Of a stretch of DNA of 26,419 nt, positions 1-13,920 are shown in pieces (within the stretch, counting starts at the first letter, position 1; each line of letters opens with the position of its first letter). The DNA is from Paraspadella gotoi (lineage: Eukaryota; Animalia; Chaetognatha): positions 9,997,387-10,023,805 of the forward strand of contig CM119270.1 of NCBI GenBank assembly GCA_051294375.1, in the 5' to 3' direction. Position numbers and translations under genes: made by a program. Below the pieces are notes generated by a model. The model searched no databases. It saw only the letters and a program-made list of their open reading frames with translations, and was not told the DNA's origin.

Positions 1-716
1 GCCCTTGGGCCAACGAGGCTACAGGGGCCGCCCGAGCATGGTTTGCTTGCCCCGGGTCACCGACCCACGCGAAGCCCGCCCCTAGGCAGCGCCCCGGGGA
101 AGGCGATTCGGAAGATGACATACTGTGGCGAGGGCGACCTTTCGTCTGTTCGTGCCAGTCGTCCGTCGGATAACGGACGCAAACGCACTACTCATGCAAT
201 GATTCGATAAGCTGGCTGTATAACGCTGCGTATTGGCCCTGGAATAGTCTGCCCCCTGGGGCCGCCCCTAGAGCCACTCCGCGGGGCGGAGGATTTGGGA
301 GATGACATATCTCCCTCGCCAGGAGCGGATGCAACTGCTAGTCAACTGTTGATTGTTCCCGCTTGCGGAGTGGGCATCGCTGCTGGTTTCGCTGCTGCTG
401 CCGCCGGGGGCATGGGAACCGTCGTCATTGGTCTCGTTTGATCTAAATCGGCCGCAGCGTTCGCCGTCCCAGGGTCCTGAAGGGGCTGGGAAGGAGAAAA
501 AACAGCATAGGAGGAGGGAGCGGATTGAAAAAAGGTAGGTGCAGCATGGGTGGGAGCAGGAGTTTGAACATAGACCAGTTGTGGCTGATATTGTGCCACC
601 TGATTAACCGGCATCTGTCGGGGCACCGGCGCCGCGCCGTGCAGCATGGGATGATGATTTCCCCAGCACTGATTACATGGTACACTAGATCTACATCTAA
701 CATAATCGTCGGCCTG
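1..716 (-). pseudogene. Decayed BEL/Pao LTR-retrotransposon gag fragment (end of Zn-knuckle cluster plus P/A/Q-rich linker)
   Basis: Extending ORF 342..647(-) upstream in frame from 716 gives QADDYVRCRSSVPCNQCWGNHHPMLHGAAPVP. This matches the CxS-x3-CxxC-x3-HHxxLH third knuckle typical of BEL/Pao Gag. The frame continues toward base 1 through in-frame stops (TGA 342-344 and a later TAG). GC-rich relative to the window; ends at the TIR junction near 717-720. Confidence 0.7.
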
Positions 717-3027
717 TATACTTTTATTAAAAAATTTTTTTTTGATAAGTAAAGGTTTTGGGCGAGATCAATTACAAAACGACCAATCAGCCCGACGCGG
801 AAGTCTCGTGTCTCGTCAGCCATGCATTCATCTCTCTCTCCATCCAGATAGAGCATTATACTTTTAAGATTCTGTTGCATGCGGCGAAAGAAGGCCATTC
901 ACAATTCAACGCATAGAAAATAATAAAACAGGTAATTTTGCATATTCTTCATATTTTATTCAAAAATATAAAAAACTATTTTTAAAAAATAGTTGGCATT
1001 CGATTATCGAAGGATTCATTAAAAAACAAAACATTTTGCAATATTGTAGAATAATTACTACAAAATTAATTAATTTGAAAACCGAAGACAAAGTGGGCTA
1101 TGACTACGGATTAATTGAAATCATCTGCAAGCATTTTCTAATAAGAAAATATCATTTTTGCTAACGGTTTAATAAAAAAAGTTTTGAGCAAACAATGTCG
1201 GATCGTGCCTACGATAATAATTAATTAATAATCGAATTATTAATTAATTATTAATTAAGTTTAATATTATAAATGTAATTTAACTTTATATTCAACTTAT
1301 CATCACTCGGATGTCTTAAAATTGGGTTGTGACAGTTATTAAATATGTTTTGTTGTCATTTTATCAAAAAAACATATCCTCTATTTATTTTATGTCTCCT
1401 TCTCTCTCCTCTTCTCTCACTCACTCTCTCTCTCTTTCACTAGGTCACTCTCTCTTCTCTCTCTCTCTATCTCTCTCTTATCTTTTTTTTTTTCTGCAAT
1501 TGCGAGGATCTGTTATGCTTTTCAAGATTTTTTTTTACACTTGCATCTATTTTTCTTACAGTTAATTCATTAATTAATTCATTAATTAAATTAAAACATT
1601 TATTAGTAATCATTAATATTAAAGATTCAAGTAATGTGACTTAACTGTTTTTCCATCTAAAACATTTCCCCTGGCACAATTCGTAATACTTTTATATTAT
1701 TATATAATTAATAAATATTTAAAAGCTTCAGTGCAAACACGATGAAAATAATTCAAAAGTTATATGAAAATCGATTAAGTAGTAAAAGGAAAAAAAAATT
1801 TAAGAGAACTAGAAGTTTAAAAAGTGTTCAATTTTGGCCGCCTTACTAGATATTAGGCTTACTAGATTATATTGCATGTGATAAAATGTAAAAAAAAAAA
1901 AAAAAAAAAAAATATCGAATAATAATTTATCAATTTTTATGTATTTTGTAAGTTATTTTAAGTATTTTTATTAGTGAGTAAAATAACAACTTTTTTATTC
2001 GCTAATTTTTATCTCGGATCTTCTTCTTTTCTATCTTTCTCTCTCTATCTCTCTCTCTCTCTCTGTCTCTCTCTCTCTTTTGCAATTGCGACGATCTTAT
2101 GCTCTTTTAACTGCTCTCTCTCTCTCTCTCTCTCTCGTCTCTCCCCCTCTCTCTCTCATCTCTCTCTCTCCTCTTTTGCAATTGCGACGATCCTTATGCT
2201 TTTAGGATTTTTTAACTTGTATATTTTTCTGCTTTCAAGTAAATGTGGACTTAGGTTTTTTCCTTTAAACTCATTTCCCCTGGCAATTCGTCAACTTTAT
2301 ATTAGCTTTCTTACAACACTTTCCTACCGCTCACAACATTTATCTCAATCTATTATGGGTTAAAATAATAAAACAAAGATTCAAGTAAATTGTGACTCAT
2401 ATTTTTTTCATTTAAACTCATTTCCCATCGTACGGTTTCTCGAAACTTTTCTATCAAGCATCGTACACATTTTTCTACCACGACAAAAATTTGAACTCAT
2501 CTATCATCATTATGATTAATAGAGTAGCTTATTGGCGTTAAAATAAGTAAAAAGATTTTAGTAAATGCGACTTATGTTTTTTCCACTTAACTCATTCCAC
2601 TCACAACGCGTGCTCATTGGCGATTCCGTCGAAACCGTTATATCCAGCCTTTTATCACACACTTTCCTACCACACCACAATTTCATTTCAATCCAACCAG
2701 CCAATTCACGAGTTATTGGAGTCTTTTTGCTAAGGTGGGACGGATGGACGGTTGATTGACTGATTAATTAATTATTGATTATTAATTGACTAATTGGATT
2801 AATTACTGGATTAATTATTTGACTTATTAACTACATCCTGCATATACATTTACTTTAAAGAAACCAGAAGCTATATAATTAGTGAAACAGGTTTTTTTGT
2901 TTTTTTCGCATTTAACTCATTTCACTCAAAAGATTCCATCGACACTTGGTTTCCTGTTTAATCACACACGTTTTCTACTCACATACAAATTCAGGTCAAT
3001 CGATAATTAAGTGGTTAAAAGCTATCT

Positions 3028-3310
3028 TGGTCAAATTGCATAATTTAATCAACATTGCATAATTTGGTCACTGAATAATTGGTTACTGACAATAATTTTG
3101 CGGTCTACTGACATAATTTGGTCAACTGACATTACTTTGGTCAACTGACATAATTTGATCCAATTAAGAATAATTTGGTTCAACCGGGCATAATTTTGTT
3201 AACTGGCATAATTTATAACTAGCCTATTGGTCAACCAGGCATAATTGGTCAACTTGCATAAACTTGATTAACTATGCAGAATTTGGTCACTGGCATTAAT
3301 TTGGGGTCAA
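3028..3310 (+). repeat. Degenerate 18-bp minisatellite (CATAATTTGGTCAACTGR)n followed by (CAAT)n
   Basis: Visible tandem units such as gacataatttggtcaactgacattactttggtcaactgacataatttg; (caat)n at about 3310-3338. Confidence 0.85.
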
Positions 3311-3735
3311 TAATCAATCAATCAATCAATCAATCAATAGAGCGAGAGAGAGAGAGAAACTTTAAAAAATTCAATAAATGTGTCTTTTGGGTTTACTAAT
3401 TTGAACTCTTTCATCTACGATTCCTCAAAAATTTTTATCACCTTTATCACATACTTTTCCTACGGGCACACAACAAAATTCAATTTCGATTTATCTATCC
3501 AATTTTTAATAAACAAAATAATATGAGTAAAATTTAAGTAAAAATACTTCAAGTACAATTGACTCTTTGTTTTCGCATTTTAACTCATTTCACTCGCACA
3601 TGACGATTTCCATCGAAATTTATATCGGCTCAATCACACACTTTACCTACAGCCATACAAAATTCAAGTCAATTGCACGTATCACACTCATGAGCAATTG
3701 GCGTTCAAATAGTGAAATATATTTTTGTGTTCTCA

Positions 3736-4220
<485 letters not shown>

Positions 4221-4621
4221 TCAATCACATTCTTTCATCCACAGTTTCTACCCACACATCCACCCCACAATTTCATACCATCCATCCCATCCAATCAGGG
4301 TATTGGAGTTTTTTGCTAAGTGGGACGGAGGACGACGGAGGAGACGGACGGACGGACAGACGACGCGAGGACATCATTTTTTGCCTAATTTATCATAATC
4401 GATGTTCTGACACTGATATAAGTGTGTGCCCGACAATATTGAGGGGCGGACGAGGACCGAAAAAGGTGAGTTATAGAGTCGGGATTGCTGATAAGCAGAT
4501 CCCGACTAAAAAAATTATGTCCAATTTTGTCCATTTTCAACTTTGTCCTGAGATTTGAATGACAAGATGGTTTGAGAAAAAATTTTTTATTCGGTTTTCG
4601 GGTCCTTTTTATCTCCTTACT

Positions 4622-5438
4622 TGAGTCAGTTTCTATTCAATTGAAAATCTATTGTTTGCCTTTGAATTAATTTTAAAATTGACTAGTCAAAAACTCACAT
4701 TTTCAAGTTTTATTACAATTTTGTTAAACAAAAATTGTTTGATTACTTACAATTCTGGCAAATATTCTATTCAACTGAGCTTCCAACACCTAAAAAATTA
4801 TGGGCAAAATATTCAATACTTTGGCTGTAAAAAATAATTTTAAGCCGACTTTTAATTTGTGAGGTTTTGTGAGGTGCATTTTTTTTAAAATAAAACTCGT
4901 TTTTTTAACTAATTTTATAGTTTCATCAGATGAGAAACACACTAATTGTTCAAGTTTAAAAAAAAACGCATTCTTTTAATGTCATAGGAGCTTTCAGGAC
5001 ATTTTTTTTCTCCCAATCGACACGTTTTTGCGGAAAAAATTTCCGCAGAAAATTATCGATTTTTTAAATCTGCTAGCACCAAACTTCCGCTAAAATCTTG
5101 CACTACTCCTATTTTTTTTACAATACATTAAAAGATTTTAAAAATTAGTGAGAAGGAGAAAAAGATAAGAGAAGCAAAGTACGGGTTGAAAAAAAAAACG
5201 GGCAGGGAGAGGGAGAACAAGTGGAAAAAAAAAATATATGAGGAAAAGAGGGAGAACAAGAATGATTAAAGAGAAAAAAAACAAGAAAGAAGGAAGAAAG
5301 AGAATCAGATAGGGAGAAAAGCAGAGATAGAGCGGAAGGGAAATAAAGGTAAAGGAAGAAAAAATGGATGACACAGATAATTATGAGGAGAGAAAAGTAA
5401 GAGAAAGGGGAAAGACAGAGAGAAAGAGAGAGGGACAG
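4622..5438 (+). repeat. ~810-bp direct duplication, copy 1
   Basis: Nearly identical to 6808-7619 (tgagtcagtttctattcaattg ... gagagagggacag); differences are mostly 1-bp indels. Confidence 0.9.
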
Positions 5439-6779
5439 TAGTAAGAATGAGGGTGAAAATACAAGGAATTTTGTAATAGAACAGTTCTCTGTTTGTTTCA
5501 GAAGAAGGATATACTAGACAACTAGACAGTTTTTATTGCGTATTTTTGTATATTAATAAAATTCAAATCTCTTTGTTTGTGAGACCATCTGTTTATTGAA
5601 GACCAAAATCAAGCAAATATTTGCTATTTTGTGTGTAAAAGCGAAATGCACGTTAAAATCTAGTATGAGTGCAGACAGAAGAGCAAATTTAATATAGAAA
5701 GGTTAAAGGGAAAATGCTCATAGTAGAGTAAGAGACATACCATAGTCGGTAGAAAAGTTTCAAAGAGACGGAAAAAATTTAAAAAATGGGAAATTGGGGA
5801 GAAAAAATTTTCAGGGGGTAATAAATTTCAGAAAAAAAGTAGTAATTCAGAAATGGAGAGGAAAATAAGAAAAAAAAGAAAGAAAGAGAGGGCTGGAGGG
5901 TGCAAAGGTTTTAAAACAAAACAAATGAGTGCAGGAAGCGAACACGCAAATGGTTATAATAGCTTCCGGGTTCAATCTTTACTCATTTTTTTATTGCTCC
6001 CGGTTTGCGGTTCCACAAATCGGCCGTTGCACAGTGTTTGCTTACCGTTCCCGGAATGGTCCAATCTCTGTTCTCAACGAGAATTAACTGAAAAGAGTTG
6101 CGACAGGATGTAGAGATATATGTCCCCCTTTTCCGCCCAATTTATTGTTTGCCTTTTGTTATTTACCGTTTTCTGGATAGATGTCTTTTTTCTTCTTTAG
6201 GGATTAACTCCTATTTTCTTTCTTACCAGATATTCTAGGCACATTAGATTCTTATGGATTTTCCACCGTCACCAAACTGCCTTTTCGAGGCTTTAGGACC
6301 TTACTGGTCACGTCACCCTTTTCGAAGTACCATTTATCAACACACTGGCAGCGCTGCCCCCATCGAAAAGCGGTGGGGGCATCGAGGATAGCAAAGAAAC
6401 CGGTGGCCACAGACTCGTTCGATTCGTCTGACGCAGCCGATTTCCGCCCAACCGGAGTTGCAAAAGAAAAAGAAACGAAGAAGCGACGACAGCGAGCATA
6501 ACTGAAGCAAAGCACGGCTCCTCTCCAGAACCGATTGTGGCCTACATAAACCCAAGGCCGAACTTATTCGGCCATTCAGGCGGTGCGCCGGCCGATTCAA
6601 CAGGCGGTGGTACACATGCTCCAGATCAGATGGTGACGAATCGCCAGGAGTTCCGATGTAATACTCGACACGACTCGCTCCGTCAACTCCGCATTGCTAC
6701 TTTTGTGGACAGACATATGGATCTGGGAGTGTACAGGCCTTCAGGCACTCGGTGTCAGGCGAAGCCACTAGCACCGGGC

Positions 6780-6804
6780 NNNNNNNNNNNNNNNNNNNNN
6801 NNNN
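6780..6804. other. Assembly gap (25 N)
   Basis: Run of n. Confidence 1.
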
Positions 6805-6807
6805 CTC

Positions 6808-7619
6808 TGAGTCAGTTTCTATTCAATTGAAAATATATGTTTGCCTTGAATTAATTTTAAAATTGACTAGTCAAAAACTCACATTTTAGTTTTTATTACA
6901 ATTTTGTTAAACAAAAATTGTTTGATTTATTTACAATTCTGGCAAATATTCTATTCAATGAGCTTCCGACACCTAAAAAATTATGGGAAAATATTCAATA
7001 CTTTGGCTGTAAAAAATATTTTAAGCCGACTTTTAATTTGTGAGGTTTTGTAGGGCATTTTTTTTAACAACTAAAACTCGTTTTTTTAACTAATTTTATA
7101 GTTTCATCAGATGAGAAAACAACTAATTGTTCAAGTTTAAAAAAAACAGCATTCTTTTAATGTCATAGGAGCTTAGGACATTTTTTTTCTCCCAATCGAC
7201 ACGTTTTTGCGGAAAAAATTTCCCGCAAAAATCTGTCGATTTTTTAAATCTGCTTGCAACCAAACTTCCGCTAAAATCTTGCACTACCTCACTTTTTTTT
7301 TACAATACATTAAAAGATTTTAAAAATTAGTGAGAAGGAGAAAAAGATAAGAGAAGCAAAGTATGGGTTGAAAAAAAAAACGGCAGGAGAGGGAGAACAA
7401 GTGGAAAAAAAAAAATATATGAGGAAAAGAGGGAGAACAGAATGATTAAGAGAAAAAAAACAAGAAAGAAAGAAGAAAGAGAATCAGAAGGGAAGAGAAA
7501 AGCAGAGATAGAGCGGAAGGGAAATAAAGGTAAAGGAAGAAAAAATGGATGACACAGATAATTATGAGGAGAGAAAAGTAAGAGAAAGGGAAAAGACAGA
7601 GAGAAAGAGAGAGGGACAG
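6808..7619 (+). repeat. ~810-bp direct duplication, copy 2 (starts at the gap edge)
   Basis: Matches 4622-5438 and begins 4 bp after the N gap. Confidence 0.9.
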
Positions 7620-8890
7620 GAGAAAGTTCAAAGAGAAAAGTAATAAGAAAAGGAGTAGAAAAAGGAAAAAAGTTTTATACTATAGCATGCCGTTTTTTTG
7701 CCTAAGCAGTACTATATCTAAAATATGTGAAGATCTTACGTGCAATTTAATCTCTAAAAGTTGGTCTTACCATGAAAAATTGGTTTTAATTTAATTTCTT
7801 CTTAATTAAGGATGATACCGTATTTGGAATGACGTGGTAAAGAAATCATGTCTTACTGTATTTTTGAAAGCCATAGAATTCACCCAGTGACTTCTATGTT
7901 ATAAAGAGAAGATAACTATAACGAACCATTTTTTTAAATAAAAGGGTGTTTCATATTTATCAGTGGGAAAAAAGAAATAATAGTTAGTAAAGTTCCAATT
8001 CATTGTTGAAAATACCCAAATAGAAATCACTGACAGGTTACGATATAAAAAATTGAAAAAACACTTGCTATTTGTTGAAAAGCAGGTGCAAGTGAAGATT
8101 TAGTGTGTGCAGATAAAAAATTTTAAATGTTCCTTTGTCTTACAAAAGGCCTCCTGTTTTGTAAAGCCCTCTAGTAGAATAGAAGTAAGGAAGATAAAAA
8201 GGACCCGAAAACCGAAATAAAATTTTTTTCTCAAACCATCTTGTCATTCAAATCTCAAGACAAAAGTGAAAATGGACAAAATTGGACATAATTTTTTTTA
8301 TTAAAAGTAGCAAAAATGATATTGATTCTTGATTAGAAAATGCTGCAGATGATTTCAATTAATCCGTAGTCTAGCCCACTTTGTCTTCGGGTTCAAATTT
8401 AATTAATTTTGTAGGTAATATTCTAGCAATATTGCAAAAAGTGTTTTTTTTTAATGAATTCCTCGATAGAAATCATTGCCAACTATTTTTAAAAATAATT
8501 TTTTTTATATTTTTGAAAAAAAATATGAAAATGATGCAAATTACATGTTTATTAATTGTTCTTAATTGCTTGCAATTTGTGAATGGCCTTCTTTCGCCGC
8601 ATGCAACATAATCTTAAAAGTATAATGCTCTATCTGGGATGGAGGAAGAGGAGGATGAATGCGTGGCTGACGAGACACGAGACTCGCGCTCGGGCTGATT
8701 TGGTCGTTGTAATGATCTCGCCAAACCTTACTATCAAAAAAATTAATAAAAAGTATATATATATATAATTTAATTTGCATATTGCTGTAAATCATGATTA
8801 AATGGAAATTCAAACAAAAAATAATTGAATCGATATGAAACAAAGAAAATGGACTGCCTCACTAATGGAACTTGATAACTTGATAGTTGA

Positions 8891-9270
8891 AAGTTTGAAA
8901 AATGATGCAAGTTTAAAAAATTATGTAAGTTTAAAAAATTATGCAAGTTGAAAAAATTATGCAAGTTGAAAAAATTATGCAAATTCAAAAAATTATACAG
9001 GTTGAAAAAATTATGCAAGTTAAAAAAATTATGCAAGTTGAAAAAATTATGCAAGTTTAAAAAATTATGCAAGTTAAAAAGATTATGCAAGTTGAAAAAA
9101 ATATGTAAGTTGAAAAAATTATGCAAGATGAAAAAATTATACAAGTTAAAAAATTATACAAGTTAAAAAAATTATACAAGTTAAAAAAATTATACAAGTT
9201 GAAAAAATTACCCAAGTTTAAAAAATTATGCATGTTGAAAAAATTATGCAAGTTAAAAAAAGTATACAAG
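8891..9270 (+). repeat. 18-bp minisatellite (GCAAGTTGAAAAAATTAT)n, roughly 21 units
   Basis: Clear tandem array that explains the KKLCKL and FFNLHN pseudo-ORFs. Variant units (aaaaatgatgcaagttg) occur inside HINE-like copy B at about 11950-11995 and 13450-13620. Confidence 0.95.
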
Positions 9271-9276
9271 TACAAG

Positions 9277-10492
9277 TACTTCAGGTTCGATGGACGGTAC
9301 TACGCCCAGCCTGGTGGCTTAGGGATGGGCAAGTCGACATCAAGTCCTCTGGCAGATTTCTATATGGAGGACTATGAGGTGGAAGCTTTGGCCTCTTTTC
9401 GATCGTTGCATGGGGAAGAGTCAGTCCTCTTCTCGTATCAGAAAGCAGACGATACCATTCTGGCCATGCGCAAAGACCTCATTGAGGATCTTTTGAACCA
9501 CCTGAACAGCATCCATGTGAGAATCAGGTGGATATGTGAGAGGGAGGTGAATGGGTCAATTCCAATGCTCGATGTGTTGATTCAACGCAAATAGGGTGGC
9601 TCATTAGAATTTTCAGTCTACCGCAAACCGACCCACACAGACCAATACATTCCCTTCACCTCGCATGCCCCCTGTCTCACAAGCTCGCCACGGTCAGATC
9701 CCTTACCAGGAGAGCCGTTCTGATTCCGTCAACCCCTGAGCTTCAGGCCGCCGAGCTTGAGCACGTCAAAAGAGCCTTGGCGATTAATGGCTATCCTCTG
9801 TGGGCCTTCGAGAAGGCTAGGTATCGGCCACACCTGGCTGAGGACAGTGGCCAACCAGGGGCTGTCCAAGTAACCGCTGACGCAGGTTCTACCTCCACCC
9901 CCCAGGAGGTGAAACGGGAGCTTGCTGCTGAAGAACTGACCGCGCCCACCACAGCGCAAGTGGAAGATAAGCAGAAGCGCCCAAGGAATGTGGGCCACTT
10001 GTCCCTCCCCTACCACCAGGGGATCACTGAATCATTGGTGCGGATGCTAGCAAATCAGGGGATCTCCGCGGTTCTCTGCGTGAGCAAATGGTGAAACCAA
10101 AAGACAAAATCTCCAGACAAAAAACATCCAGAGCCGTCTATTGGGCGGCCTGTGCAGGGGCGGGTAACCAAGCCTGTACAGCAGCATACGGGGGCGAGAC
10201 AGGCAAATCTCTTACAGATCGATTCCAGCATCACAAAAAGCCTTATCGTGATGCCCGAGGTCACTACTTGTCCGCAATAGCTGAGCATTCAGCAGAAACA
10301 GGCCATCTGTTCAGAGAATCAGACTGTCTCGTGCTGTCCCATGACCCAAACTGGTTCTCAAGAGGTATTAGAGAAGCAGTCTACATCAAAGCCCTTGAGC
10401 CCTCTTTGAACCGTGATAGAGGACGATTCGACCTCCCTCCAAGCTATGATTCGTTTACCAAAAACCCCGCCGCCACCACGCCTGCACAATGA
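9277..10492 (+). mobile_element. Penelope-like retroelement, 5'-truncated pseudogene: C-terminal RT, thumb/linker and GIY-YIG endonuclease
   Basis: Motifs: YFRFDGRYYAQPGGLGMG..SPLADFYME (RT4), KADD (RT5), HLNSIH, PMLDVLI (RT7), VYRKPTHTDQY, HKLATVRSLTRRA, NGYP, LPYHQGITE, then AVY..C....C..YGGETGKSL.DRF.HH...SAIAEH...GH...R.IREAVYI...PSLNRDRG. Disrupted by TAG 9592-9594 and frameshifts near 9670 and 10073. The linker lacks a Cys-rich finger, consistent with the Penelope/Poseidon type. Confidence 0.95.
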
Positions 10493-11160
10493 TTCCCCTG
10501 TCTCCACTCAATCGAGACAGGCGGACGACCTTGCGCAGGCAATGGGCAAATGATGCTCTCCTTCAAATGCTAACCTCAAGCCCCTCTTCTGTGGACTGAG
10601 CGGTTCGCCCAAAACGACGGCTTCAGGAGGAAGGAGAGAAGTCATCATTCTGTCGAAAGCGGCAAGAATGGACAATCGCCGCCTCGCCCAGCAGGCGAGA
10701 AGAGGGCAGGCCGGCAGGCGTATCAGGTCAGAGCAGACATAAGAGTGGCATGGAAATTTTTCGCTGGTACAATCCCCGGTGCAGAATTTACCAGTTCAGT
10801 CGCACTTTCTCTCAGCCATTGACGCGCCAATGACCTCACCATCGTCATGCCCTTCATTTGGATAAACCAAGGGGGGCACAGCTTCATTTTGAGCTCTTTT
10901 TTACTCCTTAAATTTAACTTTATAAATCATATAACTTAACACTTAAAATTCTTACAACTTCATTTTTCAAAAATTTATTTCAATTTTCACTTTCTATCCC
11001 TTAGTTAACTATTTATCCATTAGATAATGTTAAATTTCACTATTTTAGTTTTTCAAAGCATTTATCTTTGTTGTACATTGCACAATGTATCATTTATTAT
11101 TTATTTATTCTCTTTCTCTCTCTTCTTTCTCCTTTCTCTCTTCTCTCTCTAATTTACTTC

Positions 11161-12255
11161 TTTTTTAGTCGGATCTGGCTTATCAGCAGATCCCGACTCT
11201 ATAACTCACTTTTTCGGTCGTCGGTCCGCCCCCTCAATAGTTGTCGGGCACCAACACTATAGCATGTTCAGAACATGATTATCGATAAATTATGCAGAAA
11301 AACCCAATACTCGTAGATTGCATGATGGATGGAAACGAAATTTTGTGTGTCGGGTAGGGAAGTGTGTGATTGAGATGTATATGAAGTTTCGAGGGAATCG
11401 TGCGAGTGGAATTGGTTTAAATGGAAAAACAAAAAAATATAATTCACTATTTGAACACCCAATTGCTCATTCCCGAGTGGATGGGGCGAATTGGCTTGGA
11501 ATTTTATATGTGGGTAGCCAAGTTGGTGATTGAACAGAAATCAAGTTTCGATGGAATAGTTTGAGTGGAAATTGATTTAAAATGGAAAAAACAAAAACCC
11601 TGTTCCATATAATTGATTATGCTATACTTTTTCCTTTTATATTAACATGTATCTGCAGGGATGTATCATAAGTTGTCAATAATTATCAGTAAGTAACTCA
11701 ATGTAAATTAAATGTTAAAAGTGTAATAATTAGTCAATCTAATGTAATCAATAATTCATTAATCCGACTAGATATAAGTACGGTCTTTGACGCAATTGGG
11801 CCAGTTGGAAATAGATTTAAATGGAAAAAACTAGTCTTAACATTTACATATGATCTTTATGAATTTTAATGATTATTAATAAATGGTTTTAATTAATTTA
11901 AATTTAACTTAATTAATGTGGAAAAAATGTTGCAATTTAAAAAATTAGTGCAGCGTTGAAAAAATGATGCAAGTTGAAAAAATGGATGCAAAGTGTAAAA
12001 CTTTTAAAAGCATAAGGACATCGTGCCGCGCAATTGCATAATTGAGGAGAGAGAGAAGAGAGAGAGAGCGAGAGAGAGAGAAAGAGATGAGAGAGAGAGA
12101 GGGAAATAAAATAAGGAATATAAAAACTTGATGTTGCAAGATAGCAAGAATGAGTAAACATCACGAATGGCGATTGCATAATTTTAACAGAGTTCAAACA
12201 GTCCACTAAATGGATCAATTTGTTTTTCTTAATCACCAGATATAGTCGAAAACGC

Positions 12256-12289
<34 letters not shown>

Positions 12290-13920
12290 CGATGAGAGAG
12301 GAGAGAGATGAGAGACGATCGGTTTTCCAGGACGAATCAAGCAGCGGCAGCAGCAGAAGAGTCAGCCAGAAAAAATAAGAGAAGAAATCGAAAAGGCAGC
12401 CAGCAAGAAAGACCAGAGAGAGAAAGACGCAGAAAAAGGGAAAGAGGGCCTGCAGATGCTTCTGCAAGGAATCGCGTTTTTTTTTTCCGATCGATACCAG
12501 CACTGGAGAAAAAGGGAGAGAAAATAGGCTACAACTATAATTAAGAGAGAAAATCAGGTATAATTAATCAATTATTAATTAATATCAGTCGAATTTACTT
12601 CATCATATTAATTATTCAAGTCATCAATCAAGTCCCAATGCATTATCGGCATTATTCTCAATCGTCGTCAGGTTGATTTTTGTATGGTTAGTGACCGGAA
12701 AACTACTAAAACAAACAATTTATAATACAAATCTTAATTAAACGTAAGTTGCCTAATTAATTGTGCATACATGGAGTGGATGAGGGGCAAGTTGACCTAG
12801 TGATTGTTTCGTATCGTGGGGTAAGGGCAAAGATGTTGGATTGAACACGAAAACAAGTTTCGATGGGAATCAGTTTGAGTGGAAAATGAGTTTAAATATG
12901 GAAAACCAAACATTGATTAATGTCTTTCTTTTTCCTATTTATATTTAAATGAATATGGCAGGGATGTATTATAAACTCAAATATTAATCAGTCTAATTAA
13001 TTAAATTGGTCAATAATCAATAATTCTTAATTAATCAGCTCAATTAATACCGTCATACCGTACCCACTCTGCCAAAGCTCCGTAATAACTCGTGGAATGG
13101 ATGGGTGAATTCAGGAATGAAGATTATTGTGTGTTGGGTAGGAAAAGTGCTGTGACGAAAGCCGTGAATATAAAGGTTCGAGCTGGAAACGTACGAGTGG
13201 AAAATGAGCGTTTAAATGAAAAAGATATGAGTTCACAATTTACTTGAATCTTTTTATTTATTTTAACCACTGACTAGATGGAATGAAATTTTGATTGAGC
13301 CGGTAGGAAAACGTTGTGAGAAGAACCCAGATATTTAAAGTTTTGACGAGAATTGTGCAACGTGGAAAATGAGAATTTCTGTTAAATGAATTAATGACTT
13401 GACGTAATAAATATGATTATTAATATACATTAATAATTATAACTGAGTGAAAAATGATGCAATTTTAATACAAAAAATTAATCTAGTTAAAAACATGATG
13501 AACAATTGTGAAAAATGATGCAGAGTTGAAAGAATGATGGAAGTTGAAAAAATGATGCAAATTGAAAAAAAGATGCAAATTGGAAAAAATGATGCGAAGT
13601 TGACAAAAAATGAGCAAGTTAAAAAAAATCTTAAGCAATCGAATTGCATATTGCTAAAAAAAAAGAGAGAGAGAGAGAGAGGACGAGAGAGAGAAGAGAC
13701 ATAACTAAAAATAAATATTAATTAATATATTATTAAAAATTAATTAATTATATAATGTATTTACTTAATAAATTAATAAAGTTAATTAATTAATTAATTA
13801 TTTAATTTAATTACTTAATAAATAATTATTAATAAATAGATTATTATTAAATTTATCTATTTAATCTAATTATAATTAATATGCGGTAGGCAGTTCGACA
13901 TTGTTTGCTCAAGACTTGTT
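11161..13920 (+). mobile_element. Helentron-associated (HINE-like) non-autonomous element, copy B, inverted relative to copy A
   Basis: 5' end tttttt-agtcggatctggct-tatc-agcagatcccgact-ctataactcactttttcggtcgtcggtccg is the reverse complement of about 4445-4512. 3' end gtaggcagttcgacattgtttgctcaagacttgtt is the reverse complement of about 1178-1211. Shares the internal modules (gagtggaaatgagtttaaatggaaaaa) and GA tracts. Confidence 0.7.

Noticed and set aside
8667-8700. ctgacga-gac motif in the long TIR (reverse complement at about 790-820)
   Set aside because: No GAAA half of the hammerhead core.
8891-9270. CRISPR-like array (also considered 3028-3310 and 17778-17962)
   Set aside because: Head-to-tail units with no unique spacers, eukaryotic context and no cas genes.
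8770-9275. Repetitive ORFs (KKLCKL)n and (FFNLHN)n
   Set aside because: An 18-bp minisatellite that happens to be stop-free; related units recur inside non-coding repeats.
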